32,000 nt of DNA, taken from Mycoplasma mobile 163K (lineage in GTDB: Bacteria > Bacillota_I > Bacilli_A > Mycoplasmatales > Metamycoplasmataceae). Both the position numbers and the translations under genes were made by a program. The DNA lies in the NCBI RefSeq assembly GCF_000008365.1, contig NC_006908.1, positions 745,080 through 777,079 of the forward strand. The letters are read 5' to 3'. Under the pieces are notes generated by a model. It searched no databases, was not told the origin of the DNA, and worked only from the letters and a program-made list of their open reading frames with translations. This document shows, piece by piece, positions 21,096 to 32,000 of this stretch. The first letter of the stretch is position 1. Every line of letters begins with the position of its first letter.

Positions 21096-22751
21096 ATGGC
21101 TAAAGTCCAATTTTTTGCTCTAGGTGGGCAAGATGAAAATGGTAAAAATTGTTATGTTTTGGAAGTGGATAAATCTATTTATATCATAAACTCCGGAACA
21201 AAAACCCCTATTAAAAGTACATATGGAATTGATAATATCATTCCTGATTTTACTTATTTGGAAAAAAACAAAAACAGAATTAAAGGAATTTTTTTCACAG
21301 ATACAAAAAATAATTCATTTAGTGCATTACCTTGATTATTAATGAGGATTGATAATGTAAAAATATATTCTTCTGCTTTTAGTAAGGCAATTATTCTAGA
21401 TAGAATTAGTAAATACAAAATTGGACATAACAAATTTGAAGTAATTCCAATCGTTAATAAAACAAGAATTGACAATATAGATATAATTCCTTTTATCATT
21501 GGAAGTTCATTGCCTTTTTCTTTAGGGTTTAATTTCCAAACTTCTGATGGAGATTTTATTTTCTTAAGCAATGTTGTTTTAGGTGAAGTTGGAAAACAAA
21601 AAATGTTTGGAATAACAAATCTTACTGCTATAAAAAGCACAATTTCCAAAAAAGGATTAATTGGACTTATTTTGGATTCTGGTTTTAGTAATTTCAATGG
21701 AAATACAATTAATAAAATAAATTTAAGTCCAATTTTAGAAGAAACTTTTTCTAAAGCTAAAGAAAATGAAAGAATCATTGTGGGTTGCTATGATGAAGAA
21801 ATGGCAACAATGCAACAAATTTTAGATCTTGCAATTAAATATAACCGCCCTGTTGTTCCATACGGTAGAGCTTATAGTCAATTATTATCTTTATTAAAAA
21901 TTGCTTATTCAAATATGCAATTTCCTAAAATTGAAGATTATGAAAAGGCAGGAAATATTTTAAATGCAATTTATTTAGTAGCTGCAACAACTGAAAGACT
22001 TTATCAAAGATTTACTAGAATTACAGATAATAATGATGTGTATTTAAAATTAAAAAATACTGATCATGTAATAATGATTGCTCCTCCATTAAATGGATTA
22101 GAATCTTATGCTGCTTATACTTTAGATGAAATTGCAAGAATTACAAGAAATATTACAGATATTAGTGATAATGATTTTTATCAATATCGAGCAGCAAAGC
22201 AAGATGTCTATGACATAGTTAAAATGTTAAAGCCAAAATACTTTTTGCCAATTCAAGGACTTTATAGATATTTGGTTGTAGCTTCAAAAGAAGCTGAAAA
22301 AATTGGTTATGGTAATGATAAAATTATTATTTTACAAAATGGAAAAATTGCTGAATTTATAAACGGGACTCTTGCTTCAAGAAACAAGAAACTTCCTAAT
22401 TTAGAAGAAGTTATTATTGATGGTTTTGGAGTTGGGGATATTTCTAAAGAAGTAATTCACGAAAGAGAAATTTTAGCAAGAGAGGGTTTGGTTTCTATTT
22501 CTACTTTAATTAGTGATAAAACAAAAAAACAAGTGGGGAAAATTAATATTAATTATGTTGGATTATTTTCACAAGTTGAAAAAGATGAAGTTAATGAATG
22601 AATTGATGAAATTGTTAGGGATGAAATTAACGAAGTTGAATTTTTTGACCAAAATGAAATTTTAAATTCAATTAGAAAAAATGTAAGAAAGAAGATTTTC
22701 AAAAAAATTTTTAAAGAGCCTATTGTTGTAGTGTCTTTTTACATAATTTAA
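21096..22751 (+). CDS. rnjB: RNase J paralogue (551 aa) lacking the HxHxDH metal-binding motif
   Basis: Collinear with rnjA (MAKVQFFALGGQDENGKNCYVLE... versus MQPTKLFGLGGVQEIGKSTFVLE...). ITHGHEDHIGGIPYL is replaced by FTDTKNNSFSALPWL. Track ORFs 21096 and 21342 joined via TGA, with read-through of TGA 22599 to TAA 22749-22751. Confidence 0.8.
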
Positions 22752-22776
22752 AGAGGAATATAATATAATTTTTAAA

Positions 22777-24156
22777 ATGTTTAAAAATAAAAAAGATTCT
22801 TTAAGAAGAAATAGAAAAAACATTAAATTGACAAGTGAGTTTGTGTTTTGAAAGGGAAAAAAATTAATCGGAGCAGCAATTTTAATTACTTCTCTTGTTT
22901 TTTTAATTTTTGCTTTTTTACCTTTTCCTGTTCTTACAACTATCCATGCATATACTATTGGAGCTCTTTTTGGATTTTTCTCACCAATTTTTTATGTACT
23001 AACTTTTTTGTTTGGACTATTGTTTATTTTAGAAGGTGAAGTAAGTACATGAATTAGAATTAGATATTTATTCTTGTGATATTTATTCTTTTCGATTGCC
23101 ATATTTTTAATTGGTGGAACAATTTTTTACCTTATAATTATTAGTCCTGGTGGTTTTTTAGATTATGGAAATAATATTTGAATAAATAATTTTTCTAATT
23201 GGTGAACAACTTTTTCTTCTGTAAATAATGTTTCTAATGTGGTTTTACCTAATACTCTTAACTTAGGAATTATTGGTAATTTATTTTTTAGCATTTTTAC
23301 TTCAGCAGGAACAGTAATTTTTTCTGTAATATTTGCAACTTTAATTATTTCAACAGGAGTTTTTTATCTAATTTTTGGTTCTCCGATCTCAAGAATTCAA
23401 GAAAGAGCAAAAATTGCAAAAATTAAAAAAATTGACTTATTTAATTATGAAACAAATGTTTTAGATTTGGGGAAAGAAGATGTTTTAACAAATGAATATA
23501 TAAAAACAAATTTCATTGAATTTATTGATGATACAAAAGAGCTTAATTTATCAAAGAAAAAAAGAAGACAAAATATTAATGTGATTTCAAGAACTTTAAA
23601 TTTAGATGAAAGTGATAATTCTAAGATAAATAAAACTTCAAAAATTGAAAATAAACTTTTAATACCAAAAACAAGTAATACTGAGTTAGGGACTGTTGTT
23701 AATAACACAAAATCCCAGTCAACTACTTCTAAAACATTAGAAGTTGTAAAGAAAAATAGTTTTGAGTTTGAACTTGAAGAACCAAAAAATAAAACAATTG
23801 AAAAAACTAAAATACTAAGTAAAAAAGAAGAAGATTCAAATGAATTAGTTTTTTTTGGAAGTGACATTGATAAAGTTGAAAATATCAATGAAAAATTTCT
23901 ACCTAAAAGCAGTAAAAATAAAAATATAGATTCTGGATCTAAAATACCAAGAGATTCTTCTACTAAAAATTCAAAAGGGCCATTCCTTCAAGAAAAAGTT
24001 AATTTAGAAAAAATTGAAGAAATGTTCTCTTCAAATAATGAAAAAAATGTTTTAGACAAAAATGATTTTTCAAAAACAACAAATGCTGACATTACAAGCG
24101 AAAGCATTTTCCTTTTTGAAAACCCTTTTGACGAAGAAAAAAAAGAAGAAGAATAA
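22777..24156 (+). CDS. Hypothetical membrane protein (459 aa): N-terminal multi-TM domain plus long Lys/Glu/Asn/Ser-rich tail
   Basis: ATG 22777. In frame with track ORF 23239..24156 through five TGA codons. The track ORF 22848..23039 is in the wrong frame. Confidence 0.6.
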
Positions 24157-24166
24157 GGAGCTAAAA

Positions 24167-25757
<1,591 letters not shown>

Positions 25758-25780
<23 letters not shown>

Positions 25781-26375
25781 TTCATTATATGATTTTGATA
25801 AGCGGTTTTACAATGAATTTGAATCAATAATTGCTTGTGATGAAGTTGGAAGAGGATCTTTAGCAGGTCCAATTGTTGTAGCTTGTGTTAATTTAAAACC
25901 TAATTTTTTTAATGAAAAAGTAAGAGATAGCAAAAAATTAAATCCAAGGCAAAGAGAAGAATTATCAATTTTGATCAAAGAAAATGGAAGTTTTCATTTT
26001 TGCTACATTAACAGTAAAGAAATTGATTTATTAAACCCTTTAGAAGCAACTAAAAAAGCAACTACAAGTTGTTTGAATAAATTTGAAGAAAAAGGTAGCC
26101 AAATAATTCTTTTGGACTATTTGAGCAATTTTTCTTATTCAAAAAAATTTATTAATATCAAAAAAGGAGATAATACATCTTTTAGCATTGCTTCTGCTTC
26201 TATACTTGCAAAAGTAGAAAGAGATAATTTTATGATTAATCTTAATAATGATGAATTTGATATTTATGATTTTTTTAAAAACAAAGGATATGGGACAAAA
26301 AATCATTTAGAAGCAATTAAAATCTTTGGCCCTTCAAAAATACATAGATTATCTTATAAACCATTAAAAAAATAG
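25758..26375 (+). CDS. rnhB: Ribonuclease HII
   Basis: ACDEVGRGSLAGPIVVACV, SKKLN..QRE and DSFSIASASILAKVERD-like motifs. Overlaps the ABC-F stop by 23 nt. Confidence 0.9.
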
Positions 26376-26388
26376 TAATATAAACCTA

Positions 26389-26736
26389 CTATTTATTTTT
26401 ATTATGTGATTTTAAATTTAATTGATGACAAAATTGAGCTTCTGAAATATTTAATTTTTTAGCCTTATACATGTGTAATAATTTATAGGACAGCAAGACA
26501 AAAACAATAATACCTACAAAAGAATTTTGCCAAATTAAATTTATAGAAGCTCCTAAGCGCCCTTGAAGCATTAAAATTATTCCAAAACCTAATCAAAAAA
26601 CACTTCCTAAAAATGAAATAATAAATAAGAAAAGAGAAGTATCTGAAGTCATTTTTGTTCTGAAAGATTTGAATAGTTGAGGTAAAAACAAAATAGCAGA
26701 TGCAATTGCTGCGATTGTTGATAAAATTGTTAACAT
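26389..26736 (-). CDS. 3-TM PQ-loop (SemiSWEET-like) membrane protein, 115 aa
   Basis: ATG 26736. MLTILSTIAAIASAILFLPQLFKSFRTK carries the PQ motif after TM1, and there are three hydrophobic helices. Track ORF 26389..26571 extended upstream through TGA. Confidence 0.6.
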
Positions 26737-26755
26737 TAAATCTAATTGTGATGGA

Positions 26756-27259
26756 TTAAACATTATTCTTACTCTCTTCTTTAGGAATTGATGATTTAAT
26801 CATTTTTAAAACCATTTTACTAATTAAGGATTTTTTAGCTTTATTTTTTTTATAAACTTCAAGAATTTTTTTATTAGAATATTCTTCTTCGGTAAGATTT
26901 AATTTTTTAGCCTTAGATGTGTTTTGTAATTTTGAAATCAATAAAGCTAAGGATCAAATTAAAACAAGAGTATTTGTTCAAATAGGAGCTGCTGTTTGAG
27001 CAGCTTCAAATCCAGGACCAAGAGAGCTTGGTAAAACATTATTTGTTGCATTAATGCTTGGAATATAAATTGAACTCAAAATTCCTCATATGATTCATAT
27101 TGAAGAAGCAATAATTCCAAAACTTATTAAACCTATAGAAAGCCCAAAAGTGCTTTTAGAAACAATTGATTTTATTGTTTGAGGGATAAAAGCTATAGCT
27201 GAAAAAATTCCAGCTATAGTGCTTATAATTAAACCTAAAATTAATAGTTCTTGATCCAT
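26756..27259 (-). CDS. 3-TM PQ-loop (SemiSWEET-like) membrane protein with basic C-terminal tail, 167 aa
   Basis: ATG 27259. ...STIAGIFSAIAFIPQTIKSIVSK has the PQ motif, followed by three helices. Four TGA codons read as Trp within hydrophobic segments. TAA at 26756-26758. Confidence 0.6.
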
Positions 27260-27323
27260 AATACCTAACCACTAAATATAAATAAATTATAGTCCTTTAA
27301 GACTATAATTTACAATAATTATT

Positions 27324-27677
27324 TTATTTTAAATGTGATTTAACTTTTGTTAAAATTTTATCAAAAACTTTTGGTTGATGAATTGCAATTTCAGAAAGCA
27401 TTTTTCTATTGATTTGAATATTTGATTTTTTTAGACCATTAATAAAAAGTGAATAAGAAACTCCTTGAGCTCTTGTTGCGGCATTTATTCTAGCAATTCA
27501 TAATCTTCTAAAGTGTCTTTTTACTTGTTTACGATCTCTAAATGCATATGTTCATGATTTTACAACTTGCTGTTTTGCAACTTTAAAACCGATTGATTTA
27601 TGTCCAAAGTATCCTTTTGCAAGTTTTAATCATTTTTTACGTCTTTTTCTTGTGATTGGACCTGTTTTAACTCTCAT
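27324..27677 (-). CDS. rplT: 50S ribosomal protein L20
   Basis: [25 protein letters not shown]...[14 protein letters not shown]. The conserved Trp residues are encoded by TGA. Not in the ORF track. 117 aa. Confidence 0.95.
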
Positions 27678-27686
27678 TGCTTACCC

Positions 27687-27884
27687 CTACATTAAATCTT
27701 TCAGTCTTTTATAATCAGTTGGATGCATAAATGTTCCGTGTTTTGATTGTCTTTTTTGTTTTGTTGATTTGTTTTGTGCTAAGTGTGATCTAAAAGCATG
27801 ACCAAACTTAACTTTCCCTGTGCTTGAAATTTTAATTCTCTTCGCTAAAGCCTTCTTCGGCTTCATTTTGTTCTTTGCCATCAT
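27687..27884 (-). CDS. rpmI: 50S ribosomal protein L35
   Basis: MAKNKMKPKKALAKRIKISSTGKVKFGHAFRSHLA... is a typical L35. The exact start is ambiguous (ATG at 27884, 27881 or 27866). Overlaps the infC 3-prime end. Confidence 0.9.
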   Translation of the reverse strand: MMAKNKMKPKKALAKRIKISSTGKVKFGHAFRSHLAQNKSTKQKRQSKHGTFMHPTDYKRLKDLM

Positions 27885-28506
27885 TATCCTCTTCGTTGTC
27901 TAATTTGTTAATGTTTTTATTTTCTTTTAAAAACTTTGCTGCTTTTTTCTTATCTTGTTGTAAAAAAACATCCAAGAATTTTCCACCTGTGAAAGTAGCC
28001 TCTTTTGTAACTTGAGCAATATCATCTAATAAAGCAATGAATTTCTCTAAAGTTTCATGGCCTAATTCCTGTCTTGTCTTCTCTCTACCTCTGAATTTTA
28101 AAGAAATCTTTAATCTATCACCATTCATTAAAAATTCACGAGCTTTTTTAGCTTTAAATTTAATGTCATGATCGCCAATGTTTGGTGTTAAACGAATTTC
28201 TCTATTTTCAATGATAGTTTGCTTTTCTTTAAGTTCTTTTTGTTTTTTCTTACGGTCATATTTAAATAATCCATAATCTAAAATCCTTACAATTGGTCTT
28301 GGTTCACCTTTTTCACTTTTACCAACAGAAATAAGAACTAAATCCAAATTTTCTGCTTTAGCTTTATCAAGTGCTTCTTGTTTTGTAAGAACTCCTAGTT
28401 TTTCGTTGTTGCTATCTACAACAAAAACTTTTTTAAAAGGAATGTTCTCATTAATATAATGCTCTGGTTTAGGCATTCTACTTCTTGAATTTTTTATGTT
28501 TGAAAT
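27832..28506 (-). CDS. infC: Translation initiation factor IF-3, probable ATT start
   Basis: INENIPFKKVFVVDSNNEKLGVL...IRLTPNIGDHDIKFKAK...LKFRGRE. aaaggag sits 6 nt upstream of ATT 28506-28504. The track start (28548) lies upstream of the SD. Alternative start is ATG 28476. Acidic C-terminal extension. Confidence 0.85.
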   Translation of the reverse strand: MSNIKNSRSRMPKPEHYINENIPFKKVFVVDSNNEKLGVLTKQEALDKAKAENLDLVLISVGKSEKGEPRPIVRILDYGLFKYDRKKKQKELKEKQTIIENREIRLTPNIGDHDIKFKAKKAREFLMNGDRLKISLKFRGREKTRQELGHETLEKFIALLDDIAQVTKEATFTGGKFLDVFLQQDKKKAAKFLKENKNINKLDNEEDNDGKEQNEAEEGFSEEN

Positions 28507-28532
28507 AACTTTCTCCTTTATTTGAAAATAAA

Positions 28533-28625
28533 AAGTGGAAAAAACCACTTCTCGTCAATAATAAAATAATAATATATACAGTATTTTATTTTGCTACCCA
28601 AGGAAGAACCTTAGGGTGAGAAGTG
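28533..28625 (-). promoter_or_regulatory. infC-rpmI-rplT leader with terminator/antiterminator alternative (L20-leader-like attenuator)
   Basis: On the minus-strand RNA, CACTTCTC (28625-28618) can pair with GAGAAGTG (28553-28546). That pairing overlaps the 5-prime arm of hairpin AAGTGG-UUUUUU-CCACUU (28550-28533), which is followed by a U run. A conserved-looking hairpin ACCC-U-AAGG / CCUU-GGGU lies at 28617-28596. Confidence 0.5.
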
Positions 28626-28676
28626 AATCTACTTGTGCAATAATTTTGCTCTTTAATTATACATAATTTTAAAAAA

Positions 28677-28700
28677 TAAAACAAACATTTGTTTGTTTTA
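28677..28700 (-). terminator. Terminator immediately downstream of yidC
   Basis: aaacaaac attt gtttgttt hairpin next to the yidC TAG (28701-28703), followed on the minus strand by a T-rich run. Confidence 0.6.
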
Positions 28701-30671
28701 CTAAATATATTTTTTCAATTTGTTTTGGTAAAGTTTTGTGTTTTGGAAATAGTGAACAAAGACACTTTGAAGAATTGTAAATATACCACCAGCAATTCAA
28801 TAAATTTGAACACCTGCTGTTAATACTAAACCAAAGAATGCAAATACAAAAGAAACTATGTTCTGAGTACGATTTGCCTTTCTTAATGCTTCTCTTTCTA
28901 AAACATTTGTTCTTTCTTTGGTTCTTCTTTTTGTTAAAAATCTTGGAACAAATTGAGAAATTAATTGAACTACAAATACAACTATTAAAATTGGTAAATA
29001 AGCAAAATTAGCATTAAATAATAATTCTTGTCATGAAGTTGCAGAATAAGTAACTCCTAAAAATGTTGTAACCTTAATTGAAGGAATTCCTTGAATAATT
29101 TTAAACATCGCAAAGAAAATTGGCATAGAAACTAAAATAGATGTGAATTGAGAAGAAAGTTTAACATTATTCTTTTTATATAATTGTTGAACTTCTTGAG
29201 CTTTTCTTCTTTCCATTTCTTTATTCCCTTTAAAAGCAGCATATTTTGCATCTATTTTTGCTTTTTTAGGATTTAATTCTTGCATTTTCACTTGAGCAAA
29301 AACAGATTTTGAAGTTACTAAAAATGAAAATATCCTTACTAAAAATACTACAAAGAAAATTGCTGCGATTATTCCAAATGAAGCTAATTCTGAATTTCCA
29401 CCATTTGCAGCAACTTCTGCTGGATTTGGGAAACCATTAATAATAGCAACTGAAATAGCACTAATTGGATAAACAAATAAACCAAATCAAGGTCCTTGAG
29501 CTCATGCTTGTCCTCAATCAGTAATTGTAAATTGATTTGTATTACTTACTAGAGGAGTACTTGTGTTATTTTGAGAATCAAAAGTTGTTGAAATTGCTTG
29601 AGGTAAATTTTTATCAAAAACTATTGTATCCAAACTTGCCACTCTTGCGCTTTGTCTAAAATTTGAGATATTTAAATAGGATGAAATCGCTAAATTATAT
29701 GAAATTAAAAGATTTCTTTGAATTTCATTCAAAATTGCTCCTGAAGTTATTGTATTAATTCATTGTATAAAACTTGTATTTGCAGAAACCTCTGTAAAAC
29801 CTGCAGCTGTATTTTGAAAATTTTCACTTTGATAAGCATTTAATCCAAGTGTTTGAATATATAAAGCTTGTAAAATGTCTAAAGAAAAATTCAAATTAGA
29901 TCTTTGTTGAAATGTCAAATTATTGTTTGTTCCAACAGTATCTGAAAGTATTTTGGCTCTAGTTAAATTAGTTTTTTGTAAGTTATTTAGTCTAAAACCA
30001 GTAGTTGTAGTTCCATCAATGTTTTGAATTTGAATTTCTTCAATAAAAGGACCAAATGAAGCCACGCCTGATAAAGTATTATCTGCATTTGTTGAATCTG
30101 TTATAAAAAAAGGAATATCAAAATCACTTGAAAAAATAGATACATAATTATTTGTTGCAGAAGAACCTTGAGCTGTATTTTTTACTAATAAATTGTTTCC
30201 ATTTGCAAAAATTCCAGTATCTCTATTATTAGTATTTGCTCCTGTAATAATTCTTACAGCAGAAGTTCTTGTGTCAAAAGTTCCATAAATATTCGAATTT
30301 GATTGTGAATTTATTTGATTTCTAATACTTGCTACAGATACTTCATTTAAAACAATTTGATTATTTACATTATAAAAAAAACCAACTTCTTTTTGCTGTC
30401 CATTAATTGTTAAAGTTGTTTTTTCAAAACTTGCAACATTAGGAACTATTCCATTTCTATTTGCGGCAAATTCAGTTCCACTTCCTACTGCTGTTGAAGT
30501 TGGGAAAATAAATGTTTGGATCAAACCAGTTAAAGTAATTGCTCCTAAAAATACAAAAAATACTCTTTTTATTCATTTTCAAATATTTTTATTTCTTTGT
30601 TTTTTTTCAAGAACAGGATTAGTTGTTACACCTTGAAAGAAATCGTATTTATTTGATCTTTTCTTTGCCAT
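28701..30671 (-). CDS. yidC: Membrane protein insertase YidC with a very large Asn/Thr/Gln-rich extracytoplasmic insertion (656 aa)
   Basis: ATG 30671 (MAKKRSNKYDFF...NIWKWIKRVFFVFLGAITLTG). Track ORFs 29760..30524, 29514..29732 and 29031..29291 share one frame joined by TGA codons. Core region ...VFAQVKMQELNPKKAKIDAKY...MPIFFAMF...AGVQIYWIAGGIFTILQ. TAG at 28701-28703. Overlaps rnpA by 23 nt. Confidence 0.85.
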
Positions 30672-30987
30672 TACTAATCCTTTCTATAATTTTTTTGATT
30701 TCTTGTTGTTTTTGTAAAAAATTTAAGTTTAAATAATTCTTTCTAACAATAAGAATCATTTCGTAAGATAAATTATAAGGCCTTATCTGATCTAAAATAG
30801 ATTTTATTTGCCTTTTTAAGTAATTACGCTTGACAGCAATTGCAAACTTTTTTGGTATTGAAATACCTATTTGAAATGAATCTGATTTTTTATAATACAA
30901 AATTATAGTTGGGAAAATAAATTGTTTTTTTGAATCTATTATTTTTTGAAATTCTCAATTTTTTTTGAGAATATATTTTCTCTTCAT
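30649..30987 (-). CDS. rnpA: Ribonuclease P protein component
   Basis: ATG 30987: MKRKYILKKNWEFQKIIDSKKQF...ISIPKKFAIAVKRNYLKRQIK (RNase P protein RNR-like basic motif). Sits between rpmH and yidC as in most bacteria. 112 aa. Confidence 0.85.
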
Positions 30988-30999
30988 AATTTAAATTAA

Positions 31000-31143
31000 T
31001 TATTTATCAGAAACAGTTAATTGATATCTTCCTTTTAAACGTCTTAATTTTAAAACTTTTCTACCATTTTTAGTAGCCATTCTTGATCTAAAACCATGTG
31101 TTTTTGCATGTTTTCTTTTTTTAGGTTGATACGTTCTTTTCAT
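31000..31143 (-). CDS. rpmH: 50S ribosomal protein L34
   Basis: [47 protein letters not shown] with ggagaag SD upstream. The track start at 31197 is an unsupported upstream extension. Confidence 0.95.
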   Translation of the reverse strand: MKRTYQPKKRKHAKTHGFRSRMATKNGRKVLKLRRLKGRYQLTVSDK

Positions 31144-31568
31144 AGTTCTTCTCCATAAGATTAAATTTTGTAAAAAATAATAATTTAAGTATAACAAAAA
31201 ACAAAATATTTGAATAATAATTTTTAATATTATATTTGTTTTTTAGATAAAGGTTTTAAAGTGATTAAAATTAAATAAGGAATTTGAAAATATTGATTTT
31301 TGTATTTTAAAATAGCTAACAAATTAAAAATTTTAATTGATTGTTAATTATTATTTACTAGAAAAATAAAACACTTAACACTTTTGTTTAATAATTTAAT
31401 AATTTCAATCATTTAGTGAATAAAATTTATTTTAAATAATATTTAATGCTAATTTTTTTATTTCATTATTAGTTTTAAAAAGTGGAATAATTTTTTTATT
31501 GATTTTTTGGTTTTTCTAGCATAATAATTATATAAAAAGCATAACAAATATGAGCAAAAAAGGAAATT

Positions 31569-32000
31569 ATGAAATTAAAAAATAAAATTTTTATCTCATT
31601 AGCTTCGGTTGCAACAACATCACTTCCAATGATTGCAGTAGTTGCTTGCGGAACTACTACAACAACAGAGAAAAATATTGATCAAGTTATAACTGAAGAA
31701 CTTGCAAAACAAAATAAACATGAAGCAACTTTAGTTGGTTCTTTAACAACTTTAGCTTCAGAAGTAAATGCTCAAAATTTAAATAACTTTATTTTAAACC
31801 CAGTAACATCAAATGGAGTAAGTTTTAGATATATTTTTAAAGCAAATAGTGCTGATGATGTAAAAGGTGAATTAACAGCAACTTTACAAGCATATGTAGC
31901 AGGTAAAGAACCTGCAGATTTAGATGATCAAAATCAAGTGATTCAACCAAAATCAAAAGAAGTTATTATTACAGGTTTTAAAAAACAAACAAATAATTAG
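31569..32000 (+). CDS. Lipoprotein (143 aa) with one Lipoprotein_17-like module
   Basis: Signal peptide plus lipobox MKLKNKIFISLASVATTSLPMIAVVAC-G. Module ...TLASEVNAQNLNNFILNPVTSNGVSF...GELTATL...VIITGFKK is of the same type as in 1286-5166. aaaggaaatt SD. TAG ends at 32000. Confidence 0.8.
   Translation: MKLKNKIFISLASVATTSLPMIAVVACGTTTTTEKNIDQVITEELAKQNKHEATLVGSLTTLASEVNAQNLNNFILNPVTSNGVSFRYIFKANSADDVKGELTATLQAYVAGKEPADLDDQNQVIQPKSKEVIITGFKKQTNN

Noticed and set aside
24062-24166. Upstream extension of the ABC-F ORF (track start 24062)
   Set aside because: This region is the 3-prime end of the preceding membrane-protein gene read in another frame. The ABC-F N-terminus MLEVRNLSKRF with aaggag SD at ATG 24167 is the conventional start.
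30600-30607. Homopolymer T8/A8 tracts inside yidC (30600-30607), rnpA (30959-30966) and the membrane-protein tail (24137-24144) as phase-variation switches
   Set aside because: All are in frame in intact essential or ordinary genes and encode Lys runs. Such tracts are expected by composition in this genome. Only the A7 at 10114-10120 coincides with an actual frame break.
31144-31197. Upstream extension of rpmH ([18 protein letters not shown]...)
   Set aside because: L34 universally begins MKRTYQP, and the ggagaag SD precedes ATG 31143.
31198-31568. Possible oriC or DnaA-box cluster next to rpmH
   Set aside because: rpmH-rnpA-yidC often flanks dnaA/oriC. Here I found no dnaA gene and no convincing TTATCCACA-type boxes (the best is ttattccac on the minus strand around 31482-31490, a single weak match). 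The region is AT-rich, as all intergenic DNA here is.

Overview
Very AT-rich sequence that only makes sense under genetic code 4 (TGA=Trp), so it is from a Mollicutes (Mycoplasma/Mesoplasma/Entomoplasma-type) chromosome. The supplied ORF track used TGA as a stop and therefore splits most genes. Conserved proteins (RNase J, ABC-F, YidC, NADH oxidase, L20 with its conserved RRLWIARINAA tryptophan) become contiguous only when TGA is read through. I re-joined the fragments by hand translation.

Layout:
(1) 1-1290: small unassigned ORFs and a bidirectional terminator.
(2) 1286-5166: three tandem, highly similar minus-strand genes for membrane-anchored surface proteins. They are built from about 100-aa repeat modules, and module number grows across the three genes (246, 358 and 458 aa).
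(3) 5186-14734: an accessory island made almost entirely of nuclease/NTPase genes typical of anti-phage defence loci.
- a KAP-type P-loop NTPase
- a gutted C5 DNA-methyltransferase remnant
- two paralogous HNH (HNH_2-type) nuclease fusion proteins with unrelated N-terminal domains
- a DUF262/DUF1524 (GmrSD-like) gene split by a frameshift in an A7 tract
- a DUF2075-type PD-(D/E)xK plus P-loop helicase-like protein
The right-hand HNH gene is bracketed by a 177-bp direct repeat that duplicates the tdk promoter and the first 125 nt of tdk.
(4) 14787-31143: core housekeeping genes, namely tdk, a membrane protein, def, rnjA, mscL, nox, an RNase J paralogue lacking the metal-binding His motif, a membrane protein, an ABC-F ATPase with one degenerate ATP site, rnhB, two tandem 3-TM PQ-loop genes, infC-rpmI-rplT with an L20-leader-like attenuator, an unusually long yidC, rnpA and rpmH.
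(5) 31569-32000: a lipobox lipoprotein carrying the same repeat-module type as the surface family.

I saw no rRNA, tRNA, CRISPR array, transposase or integrase. All family assignments come from motif recognition by eye, not from database searches.
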